Part shown: piece by piece, positions 7,583 to 17,657 of the stretch | How the letters are laid out: each line of letters starts with the position of its first letter | How positions within the stretch are numbered: position 1 is the first letter of the stretch | Assembly: GCA_048939625.1 (NCBI GenBank) | Contig: JBHLPH010000003.1 | Coordinates: forward strand, 72,353 to 136,352 | DNA: 64,000 nt | From: Promethearchaeota archaeon | Lineage (GTDB): Archaea > Asgardarchaeota > Hermodarchaeia > Hermodarchaeales > Hermodarchaeaceae | Direction: 5' to 3' | Program-made: the position numbers and the translations under genes | Notes under the pieces: model-generated | Seen by the model: only the letters and a program-made list of their open reading frames with translations | What the model was told of the DNA's origin: nothing | Database searches by the model: none

Positions 7583-8400
7583 AGGATTTCCATCACAATT
7601 TTTTCGGTTAAAGAGTAGGTTTTGAGGCGGGTTTCTTCCGTTCGAATAAGAGGGCTTATATGCTCGAAGACGAGGGACTGGTAGGTTTGCTTGGGCATTG
7701 TTTTGCGGGTAAGTAGTATTAATTCATGGAAGATTTGAAAAAGAACATTTCGGAATTTTTGGTATTTTATTTGTTGGGGGTCGATGGATTCGTAGATAAC
7801 CACGCCTGTTTCGTCGATTTGGATACCAACTAATTCCGGGATTTTTTCCATGTTTGTTTTAAAGATTTTTTCGATTTCTTTCTTGTATGTGCGACGTGAG
7901 ATTTCTGTGAGAAATTGTTGGAGAATACTGTTGTAAAAGCGGGTAAAGATTTCAAAGATGTCCATGACCTTTGCTGCCGTAATTGTGGTTTCACCCATCC
8001 ACCAAGTGAGAACGAGATCGTCGATAAAGCCATCAAAACTTTTGAAGAGATTTGTATCAGTGGTTCCATCTTCATGAAGCTCTTCAAGCTGTTTTTGATA
8101 CATCTGCACGAATTTCTTATTAAGAAGCCCAAGGTATTTCCTAAATCGGGCAGGGCTTTCGCTGACATCGGTAATGAAGACCAGTAGTAGACTGTTTGTT
8201 TCGTCGATTTGGAAGAAGAATCGGCGGTCTTTCATGTTTACGACGTTGACATGTTGAGCGGCGACTTGCTGCGCCATGTGCTCCATGCTTGCAAGGAATC
8301 CTGAAAGGAGTGCGCTGTCGACATCGGATTGAGACCACTTCCTACTATAGAGTGGAAAGCCTTCACGTAATCCGATGACGTAGAAACTGTGTACCGTCAA
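7579..8400 (-). CDS. Longin-domain protein with C-terminal helical domain
   Basis: HSFYVI..EGFPLYSRKW...DSALLSGFLASM longin-type pattern. Its stop overlaps the Rab start (ATGA). Confidence 0.75.
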   Translation of the reverse strand: MTVHSFYVIGLREGFPLYSRKWSQSDVDSALLSGFLASMEHMAQQVAAQHVNVVNMKDRRFFFQIDETNSLLLVFITDVSESPARFRKYLGLLNKKFVQMYQKQLEELHEDGTTDTNLFKSFDGFIDDLVLTWWMGETTITAAKVMDIFEIFTRFYNSILQQFLTEISRRTYKKEIEKIFKTNMEKIPELVGIQIDETGVVIYESIDPQQIKYQKFRNVLFQIFHELILLTRKTMPKQTYQSLVFEHISPLIRTEETRLKTYSLTEKIVMEIL

Positions 8401-8574
8401 TACAAAAGTACCCTCTTAACAGCCCAACCTGTCTGAACAGATTCAAGTTTCCTCCTCGCACCACGTTACTAAAATATTGTGTTCAACAGCGATTTGAGAC
8501 AGTTTCTTCTTGGATATTTGTAGCTGGGTAAAGCTGAATAAGACAGACGCATCAGTTTGTTCGGGTTAGGTCTG

Positions 8575-10335
8575 ATGTCTTCACAACCAATTGAAACACT
8601 TGAGTTTTCCCAAATTTCTCGTCAGCAACAGCTTGAGCGACTCAAGGAAAGAACTTGGGATATCATTGTAATTGGGGGAGGAATTAATGGTGCTGGGGTC
8701 GCATTCGAGGCTAGTCAACGAGGCTTGACCGTTGCCGTGTTAGAACAAAATGACTTCGGATTCGGGACATCCAGTCGATCTACAAAGCTTGTACATGGTG
8801 GTTTTCGTTACATCGCCCAGCTGGAGTTTGGGCTGGTACGAGAAGCAGCGACTGAAAGGAATTGGCTTCGAGAAAAGGGATTACCTCACCTCACACGCCC
8901 AACACGATTTCTTTACCCCATCCTCTCGGCGGATGAGAACGATGAACGCGAACTTCCGAAAAGCTGGAGTTACCGAGCTGTTCGGCTTGGTGCGTTTTTG
9001 TATGATTTAATAACTTGGTTTAAAAGTTTCAAAGGCGCCAAGGGGATTAAGAATGTGGAAAAAATCCAAGCTCTTGAACCACTACTCGAGGCGTCTCGTC
9101 TTAAAGGAGCCGTTACGTGGTATGATTCGAATATTGATGATGGACGATTAGTCATTGAAACTTTCAAACAAGCAGTTTGGACGAATAACGCGTTACCCCT
9201 GAATTATGTTCAAGTTGTTGGATTCACTCACGATTCCAGCGGTCTAGTAAATGGTGTAGAAGCCATTGATGTTCATAGACCAAAGTCGATGAAATTTCAA
9301 GTACGAGGAAAAGTTGTCATCAATACAACAGGTGTATGGGCTGACCAGATTCTATCCCTAAATTCTGACGAAGCTGAGAAAATAATACGACCAACGAAAG
9401 GTGTCCACTTAGCGTATCATAGAAAGGATTTCCCTATCAACGATAGCGTCGCAACAAATTCCATTGATGATCGCCGATTCTTCTTTGCCATTCGACGGAA
9501 TGAGTGGGTACTTGTTGGCACAACAGACACCGATTTTGCAGGGGACCCAGCAGAGGTGTACTGCACTCGTGAGGATGCTGATTACCTCCGACGAACTATC
9601 AGAATTCTGTTTCCAAAGGCAAAAATTGATGATCATAATATCCATGGAAGTTACGCAGGACTGCGACCATTAGTCACAGAGACTGGAAAAGCGGAAAGTG
9701 ACGTTTCCCGGAAACACACTGTGTTAGAACGAAAAGATGGCTTGTACAGTCTCCTTGGAGGGAAACTCACCACCTTCCGTAAAATGGCAGAGGACCTCTT
9801 GTTAAACCATGTGCGAAAAGCGCATATAAAGCATAACTTACCGAAATTCCTAGGAAAGAAAAACCTCACAAAAATTGCTTATGCCATATCACTCTCAGAA
9901 AGCGATTGGAACTCATTGCCGGAAGTACAGAAATCAACACTTTCACCTTTCATTCTTAGACATCTCTATCAACAATATGGTCGGGGTGGTAAAACAATCC
10001 TCCAATTAATCGAGAGCCAACCCGAATTAGCAGCCCGGATATTAGATGTGTCGGAATATCCCGTCGAAGTGGCACCTTGGATTGAAGCCGAAATCGATTA
10101 CATACTACGCCATGAAGCTCCACTCCGCATCGAGGACGTGCTTTGCAGGCGCATGGAAATTAGCTGGTTGGTTCGTCCAGAATTTCAAGCACAAATCGCT
10201 GAGAAGGTCGCGAATAGTATGGAAAGAATTCTTGGGTGGTCTCCCCAAACCAAAAGAGAGGAAATTGCCAACTATTTGGAGATCATCCGGAAGAACTGCT
10301 TCTTTTATGAAGGGAAGATACCAGTTCCACGATAG
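8575..10335 (+). CDS. glpD: FAD-dependent glycerol-3-phosphate dehydrogenase/oxidase
   Basis: IGGGINGAG, GTSSRSTKLVHGGFRY, VGTTD, GLRPL, GGKLTTFR. Confidence 0.92.
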   Translation: MSSQPIETLEFSQISRQQQLERLKERTWDIIVIGGGINGAGVAFEASQRGLTVAVLEQNDFGFGTSSRSTKLVHGGFRYIAQLEFGLVREAATERNWLREKGLPHLTRPTRFLYPILSADENDERELPKSWSYRAVRLGAFLYDLITWFKSFKGAKGIKNVEKIQALEPLLEASRLKGAVTWYDSNIDDGRLVIETFKQAVWTNNALPLNYVQVVGFTHDSSGLVNGVEAIDVHRPKSMKFQVRGKVVINTTGVWADQILSLNSDEAEKIIRPTKGVHLAYHRKDFPINDSVATNSIDDRRFFFAIRRNEWVLVGTTDTDFAGDPAEVYCTREDADYLRRTIRILFPKAKIDDHNIHGSYAGLRPLVTETGKAESDVSRKHTVLERKDGLYSLLGGKLTTFRKMAEDLLLNHVRKAHIKHNLPKFLGKKNLTKIAYAISLSESDWNSLPEVQKSTLSPFILRHLYQQYGRGGKTILQLIESQPELAARILDVSEYPVEVAPWIEAEIDYILRHEAPLRIEDVLCRRMEISWLVRPEFQAQIAEKVANSMERILGWSPQTKREEIANYLEIIRKNCFFYEGKIPVPR

Positions 10336-10416
10336 CATAATATCCAGGAACACAATTTTCGAAACCCCACAACTTTTTGAGGATAAGACGAGGACCTAGA
10401 CAAGGGCATCATAAAT

Positions 10417-11004
10417 ATGACATCGCGGTCTTGGTTCCACACAGATAAGCTGTGGATTCTCGTCACGAGTATTCTGTTTGTCTTAGCTTCAGGTGCCCAT
10501 ATCTGGATACAGATTACAGGAGGATATAGCGCGGGTTCATACCTGGACATGATTCCCCACTTCCTATTCGGAGCAGCAATTTGCGCATTCCTCCTGAACT
10601 TCAGCCTAATCCGATCCTGGAAGAAGACACTCCCAATCGTTCCGCCACTCCTCTTGGTAATCCTCCCAGCAATACTTTACACTCTCGCCGTAGCTTTCAC
10701 CTGGGAAATGTTCGAAGAATTTCTCTCCATCTTCTTTCCATGGCTCGGGATTTATTCCAATTTCTGGTGGAATGGAGTCCGCGACATTGTCATGGGACTT
10801 CTAGGAGCCACATTAGCCGCAGGATTATACTTATGGCATTTCCCCGTCCTCATGGAACAGCAGACTGCATTTGAAAAAACGACGTCAAGGAGGCGTGGTC
10901 AGGGATACATTCCAGGTAAAAGTGCAATGCAATACTGTGAAAACTGTGGATCTGTAATAGAACCAGGTTCAAAACATTGTTCTCATTGTGGTCATAGGCT
11001 CTAA
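10417..11004 (+). CDS. Membrane protein (DxxxH...WE...D pattern) with C-terminal zinc ribbon
   Basis: LDMIPHF, WEMFEE, DIVMG; terminal CENCG...CSHCG. Confidence 0.7.
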   Translation: MTSRSWFHTDKLWILVTSILFVLASGAHIWIQITGGYSAGSYLDMIPHFLFGAAICAFLLNFSLIRSWKKTLPIVPPLLLVILPAILYTLAVAFTWEMFEEFLSIFFPWLGIYSNFWWNGVRDIVMGLLGATLAAGLYLWHFPVLMEQQTAFEKTTSRRRGQGYIPGKSAMQYCENCGSVIEPGSKHCSHCGHRL

Positions 11005-11088
11005 CTTAAGATAATTACCAGAATTTTCGCTGGAACATAAAGATATTCAAGGGACACTCATGTATTATGACAAATCCTGGTGAAATCC

Positions 11089-12177
11089 ATGAGTAGTGAT
11101 CCTGTATATGAACGATTGCGAGAGCATCTCGACAATCTTCCGGTTGGTTTTCCAAAAACAGAATCAGGAGTAGAAATTCGAATACTAAAACAGCTTTTCA
11201 CTGAAGAAGAGGCTGAGATGGCCATCCACTTAACCTATATTCCTGAAACAGTTGACCAAATTGCTCAACGAGCGGGTCGAACCCCTGATGAGATTAAACC
11301 ATTACTAGAACAGCTAGCTGACAAGGGATTGATTTTCCGCTCTCATAAAAGAGGAACTACTCAGTATCGGGCTGAATGGTTTGCTGTTGGTATTTATGAG
11401 CATCAAGTCAATAACATGACCAAAGAATTCGCTGAGGATTTCGAGCTGTATATGGAAGAGGCTTTACAGGATGAGCTTGTTGCCTCAGCTGACCCACCTC
11501 AACTCCGAGTAATTCCAGTAGCAGCAAGCCTATCTCCTTCAATGGGAATCCTACCACATGAAGATGCCCGAGAAATCGTGAAGAAGCAAAGTAAAATCGC
11601 GGTTGCCCCCTGCATCTGTAAACGCGAGAAGGAGGCATTGGGTGAATCGTGCGATAAACCTGAAGAAGTTTGTATGGTCTTCTCATCTGGTGCATACTAT
11701 TATATTGAAAATGGATATGGCCGCGAAATCACAGTAGATGAAGCGCTAAAGATTCTTGACCAAGCACACGAAGCTGGTCTGGTGTGCAGTCCAAGCAATG
11801 ATCAAAAGGGCTTTGTTATTTGTAACTGCTGTGGTTGCCACTGTGGCATCTTGACGAATCTAAAGAAGCTACCAAATCCTGCAAAACTGGTTGCTAGTAA
11901 TTATTACGCAGAAGTTGATGTTGATAGTTGTACTGGCTGTGAAACGTGTTTAGATCGCTGTCAGATGGATGCCATTTCATTGGAAACCGGCACAGCAAAA
12001 ATCGATTTAGATTACTGCATTGGCTGTGGATTGTGCGTTACCACTTGTCCCTCCGAGGCTCTTTCACTGAAGCGGAAAGACGAACCAGAGGTTAGCATTC
12101 CACCAGCAAATGCCTTTGAACTGTACCGTGAAATTGGTGAAAAACGCCTTCAGCGAAGAGTTAGCAGTTCAAATTAG
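11089..12177 (+). CDS. 4Fe-4S-binding protein (N-terminal HTH-like region, C-terminal 2x[4Fe-4S])
   Basis: CICK, ICNCCGCHC, CTGCETCLDRC, CIGCGLCVTTCP. Confidence 0.85.
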   Translation: MSSDPVYERLREHLDNLPVGFPKTESGVEIRILKQLFTEEEAEMAIHLTYIPETVDQIAQRAGRTPDEIKPLLEQLADKGLIFRSHKRGTTQYRAEWFAVGIYEHQVNNMTKEFAEDFELYMEEALQDELVASADPPQLRVIPVAASLSPSMGILPHEDAREIVKKQSKIAVAPCICKREKEALGESCDKPEEVCMVFSSGAYYYIENGYGREITVDEALKILDQAHEAGLVCSPSNDQKGFVICNCCGCHCGILTNLKKLPNPAKLVASNYYAEVDVDSCTGCETCLDRCQMDAISLETGTAKIDLDYCIGCGLCVTTCPSEALSLKRKDEPEVSIPPANAFELYREIGEKRLQRRVSSSN

Positions 12178-12263
12178 TGTGAATCCTGTATCGAAAAATT
12201 ACTAAAACGAGGAAAGAAGCAATAAGAGTGCTTCCAACTCTGCTTAAATCTAGGAAGCGGTTT

Positions 12264-13034
12264 TCATTCTAAGATGACATACTCCCGCTGAGAAACCTTG
12301 TTAAACCCAAGCTTTTGGGCGATTCGAACTGAGGGCAAATTATCATCACCTGCACTCCAAACAGGCGTAATTTTACGTTCTTGTAAAGCCTCTGCCACAA
12401 TCGAAGCCGCAGCACTAGCTAATCCTTGATTTCGCCAATCTTCTCGTGTGATCACTCCAATATCAGCATATTTCGTGGTATGTCCACCAGTATGGGCAAT
12501 CGAAATTATCTCACCGGAGGCAATCCCACAGGCAACTAGCCCATCTTCAAGCAACCCACGTGGTGAACCATATCCGTGCCCACGAAATTCCTTAGGCGCA
12601 ACCTCTAACAACTCCAAATCCTCAATGGTTAAACTTCTGACAAGCTCATGCTCAAATCGTTTAACAGGAACCGAGAGAGTGTAATAGAAGTCATTACAAT
12701 AGCGGACTGGTCGTTTCAGTTGTTTCTGCACGAACGAGCCAACAGTCGAGGCTATCTCCGCTGGGACATTCACACAGTCCCATCCTTTAATAGTTTGAAG
12801 TAACACCCAAACTGCATCAAGATTAGTTCCAAAAATACTAGGCTCGTGCGGCATGTTGATAAACTGTATCAGAGCAGCCTTCACCTCGGGAATCTCGCCA
12901 ACAACAGTTGCCTTACAATATAGTCGTTTCAATGCATGGACAGCAAGAACGGTTTCAGGGGAATCACCTAGAAACTCTGCTAACATGGACATTTGTTCTG
13001 CATCCAACACAAAATATGATTCTAGATTATTCAA
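12264..13034 (-). CDS. GNAT-family acetyltransferase
   Basis: IGVITREDWRNQGLA, NLPSVRIAQKLGF. Confidence 0.85.
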   Translation of the reverse strand: MNNLESYFVLDAEQMSMLAEFLGDSPETVLAVHALKRLYCKATVVGEIPEVKAALIQFINMPHEPSIFGTNLDAVWVLLQTIKGWDCVNVPAEIASTVGSFVQKQLKRPVRYCNDFYYTLSVPVKRFEHELVRSLTIEDLELLEVAPKEFRGHGYGSPRGLLEDGLVACGIASGEIISIAHTGGHTTKYADIGVITREDWRNQGLASAAASIVAEALQERKITPVWSAGDDNLPSVRIAQKLGFNKVSQREYVILE

Positions 13035-13135
13035 TGCAGATTCCCTGGTGAATGAAAGGTATGTAAAAGATGAAAAATTTTAGCAAAAAAGTATGGAGAA
13101 ACCCTCCCAGCAGAAGGGAGAGTTCCTTTCTGTTA

Positions 13136-14875
13136 CTATTTTGTTAATTCTTCATCCCGAAGGACACGCCGAAGAACTTTACCCACGGCCGACTGTGGTA
13201 GCGAGGTTCGAAATTCGATAACCCGTGGACGTTTATAGCCTGCCATACGGTCCTTAGCCCAGGTGATGATTTCTTCTTCTGTCGCCGATTCACCTGGAGT
13301 AAGTACCACAAAGGCTTTCACAGTCTCATTCGCAGGATCATCTTCACGTGGAACACCAATCACTGCAGCCATCTGGATCTTCGGATGCTCAACCAGCATC
13401 TCCTCGATTTCGGCGGGATAGGCTTTGAAGCCTGAAACGTTGATCATGTCTTTCTTGCGGTCGGTGATGTGGAGGTAGCCTTCTTCGTCGAAGTGTCCGA
13501 TATCGCCGGTGAGGAAGAAGCGTTCGCCTTTGATGTCACGCATGACAGCTTCGGTGGCTTTGGGTTTCTGCCAGTAGCCTTTCATGACTTGTGGTCCTGA
13601 AATGGCTACTTCGCCGTCTTCGCCAGTTTTCTTCTCCTTGGTTCCGGTTTCGAGGTCGAGGATTTTGATGACGGTGTCTGAGATTGGGAAGCCGACGGAT
13701 CCGAATTTACGTGTGCTGAGTTTGGAGGGATCAGCGCTTGCGAGGGGAGAGGTTTCGGTAAGTCCGTATCCTTCAAAGAGAACGGCTCCGGAGGCGGCTT
13801 CAAAGGCTTTGGCTGTAGCGGGTGGCAGTGGAGCTGCTCCTGATCCACAGGCTTTGAGGCTAGTCAGGTTGTATTTTCCGATGTCTGGATGGTAGGCCAT
13901 ACCTGCGTAGATGCTTGGTACGGCATGGAGAAGAGTGCCTTTATTGTCTTGGGTTTGTTTGAGGAGATCTGAGAGCGGGGGTTTTCCGGCGCGGGGATCG
14001 GGTATGCAGACACAAGCGCTTCGGTGGTAGACTGCTGCTATCATGGTGAGGGTGAGACCATAGCTGTGATACCAGGGTAAAGCGCCGATATAGACTTCTT
14101 TGCCGGTTTCGAGGGGTTGGGCTTTCCCGCCACCTTTAGGTTCGAGTTTGACCCATTCATCGTATTGCATGACGTTTGCGTAGAGGTTGTAGTGAGTTAA
14201 CATGGCGCCTTTGGGAACGCCAGTGGTTCCTCCAGTGTAGAGGATGAGGGCAAGATCGTCTTTGGGTTTCAGTTTGATACTCGGTAGTGTGGGTTCGTAT
14301 TGGTCCATGATGTCGGAGTAGAAGGTTGTTTTGTCTTCTTCGTAGTATTTGCTTTTTGGAATTTTGCCTAAAAGCCCGCCAAGAACTGCTTTTCCTTTGG
14401 AGAGGAAAGGTTTGATGCTGCAAACGATTACATGACTACAGTCAGTATCAACTAGTGCATCATAGCTATTAGGGACAAAAATCGGATGGTCGAATACGAA
14501 AACTGCTTTCGCTCCAGAATCTTTGAGTTGGTGGTGCAATTCGGCTGTCTTGTATTGTGGGTTACATGTAACGACCGTAGCGCCTGCTTTGAGAATGCCA
14601 AAGAATGCGGAGGGATAGTGGGGAACATTTGGCATGTAGATGGCTACACGGTCACCTTTCTTAATTCCGAGTTTGACCAAAAAATTGGTAATTCGATTGG
14701 CGCTTTCATTCACTTCTGCGAAGCTTTGGGAGTTCCCTGAATAGACTGTATATGGTTTGTCACCGGCTTCTTGAGCTGCTTTGTCGAGGATTGCGAAGAG
14801 TGGCTCTTCGGGGTATTTGATGGTTTTTTTGACCTCTTCGGGCCATTTATGTTTGTGCCATAGCATTTCTTTCAT
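13136..14875 (-). CDS. fadD: Long-chain fatty-acid--CoA ligase
   Basis: YTGGTTGVPKG, EGYGLTET, TGDIG, DRKKDMI, GKVLRR. Confidence 0.92.
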   Translation of the reverse strand: MKEMLWHKHKWPEEVKKTIKYPEEPLFAILDKAAQEAGDKPYTVYSGNSQSFAEVNESANRITNFLVKLGIKKGDRVAIYMPNVPHYPSAFFGILKAGATVVTCNPQYKTAELHHQLKDSGAKAVFVFDHPIFVPNSYDALVDTDCSHVIVCSIKPFLSKGKAVLGGLLGKIPKSKYYEEDKTTFYSDIMDQYEPTLPSIKLKPKDDLALILYTGGTTGVPKGAMLTHYNLYANVMQYDEWVKLEPKGGGKAQPLETGKEVYIGALPWYHSYGLTLTMIAAVYHRSACVCIPDPRAGKPPLSDLLKQTQDNKGTLLHAVPSIYAGMAYHPDIGKYNLTSLKACGSGAAPLPPATAKAFEAASGAVLFEGYGLTETSPLASADPSKLSTRKFGSVGFPISDTVIKILDLETGTKEKKTGEDGEVAISGPQVMKGYWQKPKATEAVMRDIKGERFFLTGDIGHFDEEGYLHITDRKKDMINVSGFKAYPAEIEEMLVEHPKIQMAAVIGVPREDDPANETVKAFVVLTPGESATEEEIITWAKDRMAGYKRPRVIEFRTSLPQSAVGKVLRRVLRDEELTK

Positions 14876-15135
14876 GTGTCATCCTACACTCCATTGGAGT
14901 AATTGTAGTTAGTGTGAATTTAGTATCGGGTATTGGTACTGTTCTAGTTGAATTACCTTTTGGCAGAGTGAGAAAATGGCGACAAAAATCAGCAATTGTA
15001 GGTTTCTCAACACGAGTATATGCGCTATATTCGTTGTTTTGGTTGAAATCAAATAGACATAGATGTGAAGAGGACTAGCGTGTTTTGTGGATTCTAGGAA
15101 GAAAAGGTGAGAAAAGCTGGATCTGAGCTAGTTAC

Positions 15136-16176
15136 TCAGACCTCAACTTTGAGACCGAGTTCCCGGACAAGTTCTTTGTAGCGGTTGCGTACAGTGACTT
15201 CGGTGACTCGGCTGATTTCGGCAATTTCACGTTGGGTACGGCGTTCGCCTTCCTGGATGGAGGCAATGTAGAGGCTAGCTGCGGCGAGACCGGTGGGGTC
15301 TTTGCCAGCTGTGATACCTTTGGATCGGGCTTGGTCCACAATCTCTGCGGCTGTGTGTTGAACATCACCACTAAGCTCTAAGGCTTGAGCAAAACGTGGG
15401 ATGAAATCGGTAGGTGAGGCGATTGGGATTCGAACTTCGAGTTCCCTGAGAAGGAGTCGATAACAGCGTCCGAGTTCTTTGCGGCTGATTCGACTGTGAT
15501 GAGCAATCTCATCGAGGGTTCGTGGAACCTGGCGGAGGCGACAGGCTGCATAGACACAGGAAGCTATCATAGCTTCAATACTGCGACCCCTGATAAGGTG
15601 GTGTTCGATGGCACGGCGATAGAGGATAGCTGCTGCTTCCTTTACGGGTCTGGGAACGCCAAGTTGACTGGTTAACCTGTCCAATTCACTCATAGCGTAG
15701 GCGAGGTTTCGGTCTATGCTGGAGTGTACCCGTGTTCGGATTTGCCATTTTCGGAGTCGATAAATTTGCGCTCGTCGGCTGGGAGCTAATTTCTTTCCAT
15801 AGGCGTCGCGATTCCGCCAGTCAATCATGGTGCTTAGGCCTTTATCGTGCACCGTATAGGTCATTGGGCTTCCAACTCGACTACGTTTGTCGCGTTCTTC
15901 CGAGGTAAAAGCCCGCCATTCGGGTCCTTGATCAACCATATGGGCATCAAGTACAAGTCCGCAGTTTCGACAGATAATTTCACCGCGTGTGGTATCACGG
16001 ATGACCTCTTGGCCACTACAATCTGGACATCGAGTTACTTGTTGAGGAGAGTCTGGCGGACTGACCCGTAGTTTTTCTTCTACAAAAGGAGCTTCTTCAA
16101 CCATTACTCTTTCGACCTTCTTTCTCCGATGAAGAGGGGACCGGGGATATTGAGAGAGTCTGCTCTCTAAGAGCAT
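15136..16176 (-). CDS. tfb: Transcription initiation factor IIB (start may be the downstream MVEE)
   Basis: CPDC...CRNCG zinc ribbon, GPEWRAF B-reader, HDKGLST, two cyclin folds, VTEVTVRNRYKEL. Confidence 0.97.
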   Translation of the reverse strand: MLLESRLSQYPRSPLHRRKKVERVMVEEAPFVEEKLRVSPPDSPQQVTRCPDCSGQEVIRDTTRGEIICRNCGLVLDAHMVDQGPEWRAFTSEERDKRSRVGSPMTYTVHDKGLSTMIDWRNRDAYGKKLAPSRRAQIYRLRKWQIRTRVHSSIDRNLAYAMSELDRLTSQLGVPRPVKEAAAILYRRAIEHHLIRGRSIEAMIASCVYAACRLRQVPRTLDEIAHHSRISRKELGRCYRLLLRELEVRIPIASPTDFIPRFAQALELSGDVQHTAAEIVDQARSKGITAGKDPTGLAAASLYIASIQEGERRTQREIAEISRVTEVTVRNRYKELVRELGLKVEV

Positions 16177-16286
16177 CGTCCCAGTCTGTTGGTAGGTATT
16201 TCAAGCCATTTTTTCCATCGTCCGCTGGTTACGACGGAAAAGGATGCTATCATCTAGTGTATTTGTGGTATTTTTCCCCGCTTGGT

Positions 16287-16397
16287 CTGGCGAAACCTTT
16301 ATAAGGTTCGCCAGTAGGGAACGGGCTTCCAGCCTTTTAAAGCTTTCTTCAATCATATGTGTAAACATAATAACGTTAATGATAGCTTTACACATAT
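16287..16397. promoter_or_regulatory. tfb upstream region with two long inverted repeats and tandem BRE/TATA elements
   Basis: CTGGCGAAACCTT-TAT-AAGGTTCGCCAG (16287-16314); ATATGTGTAAA-N21-TTTACACATAT (16355-16397); minus-strand AAAGCTTTAAAA at ~16335-16346. Confidence 0.55.
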
Positions 16398-16483
16398 CTT
16401 CGTATTACCCGACTCAAATCCGTTTTTTCACAAGTTTTTTCGATTTCATCGATTCGTTGGAAAAAAATCAAATTTTTTTAAAT

Positions 16484-17500
16484 TTATTCGGTGGTGAGTT
16501 CAATGCCGTCCTTGGTGATTAAGAAGGTATGTTCGGTTTGGGCAACCTTACTACCCTTAGTGTCGGCGAGCACACTGTACTGTCGAAGAACTTTCTTTGT
16601 GGTAAGTTCGCGTAATCCCATCGCTAGACTAAGTTTGGATATATGCTTGGTCAAATAGCGGCGACTAAATGGTAGACCTTTGAATTCACGAGCTACGAGG
16701 CGGAGAATGTCACGGGCACCTTGAGTTCGGACTGGGGTTCGTGTGGGATTTAGGCTGAAGATATAATATTGACCTGTTTCATGAACGCTCCCAGTACCCG
16801 TGGTAGCAAATGTTTCAAGGGCGTAGGCTTCGCCTTCTTCAAGGATGGAGCCATGAGGAACAGCAATGTTTGGGAGACTCTTGGGTCCATGGAGAACGTA
16901 CTCGTCTAATTGATGGCCACTGAGATCTCGAATCGGGCGATAGCCATACCCGCGAATTGTGTTTTCTATGATTTTTCCAAGATCTTTGCTGTTGGTTTTG
17001 GGTCGGATAAGAAGAAGGGCTTTACTAAGAGCCTCACGACTTGCTTCAACAAGGGAATCCAATTCGGTGTCAAAACTGACCGTAGTTGCTGTGTCAGCAA
17101 TATATCCATCGATATGAACGCCGATATCGATTTTGACGATGTCGCCTTCCTGAATTACTGTTGTATCTTCTTCAGGGCTAGAATAGTGGGCTGCAACCTC
17201 ATTTATGGAGACATTGGTCGGAAAACCAATTCCACCACCTAATTCAATAATTCGTGCTTCTACAGTTTCACAAAGCTCAAGAGCGCTAGCTCCAATCTTT
17301 ATTTGAGGGAGGATTTCTCCACGGACTTGGCTTGCAATTTTTCCTGCCCGCCGGTATTTGTCCTCAGGACTTTCTTCGGACTCCTGTTTCTCTTCTTTCT
17401 CCAGTGTTTTTTCTTCCGAAGTAGGAGGAACAGGTGGGGTTTCCGTGGCTTTTTCTGGTTTCTCGTCTGGTTTTTCCTTAGCTTTTGTTCGCTTTGCCAT
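16484..17500 (-). CDS. map: Methionine aminopeptidase type II
   Basis: AAHYS, KIDIGVHIDGYIAD, LSGH, ALETF, AQTEHT. Confidence 0.95.
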   Translation of the reverse strand: MAKRTKAKEKPDEKPEKATETPPVPPTSEEKTLEKEEKQESEESPEDKYRRAGKIASQVRGEILPQIKIGASALELCETVEARIIELGGGIGFPTNVSINEVAAHYSSPEEDTTVIQEGDIVKIDIGVHIDGYIADTATTVSFDTELDSLVEASREALSKALLLIRPKTNSKDLGKIIENTIRGYGYRPIRDLSGHQLDEYVLHGPKSLPNIAVPHGSILEEGEAYALETFATTGTGSVHETGQYYIFSLNPTRTPVRTQGARDILRLVAREFKGLPFSRRYLTKHISKLSLAMGLRELTTKKVLRQYSVLADTKGSKVAQTEHTFLITKDGIELTTE

Positions 17501-17657
17501 GATGATTGCAGCCTCTTTGTGTGGTTTGCCAGTTGAAGGGGGATTCTTTAAGGTTTACGTTCCTCAATAGGAGAGGTATAGCTTCCCTTTCTAAATTTGC
17601 GCATTGACCAGAACAATTTTAGCTGTTTTGAGATATTTACGAAAAGGGGTTCTGTTA

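Noticed and set aside
8575-14875. GlpD plus FadD as evidence for bacterial-type (G3P/fatty acid) membrane lipids
   Set aside because: Both are commonly catabolic in archaea, no acyltransferase is present, and the genes are not in one operon.
15065-15126. GTGAAGA...CTGA as a second C/D sRNA
   Set aside because: No D' box, no terminal stem and no convincing rRNA complementarity.
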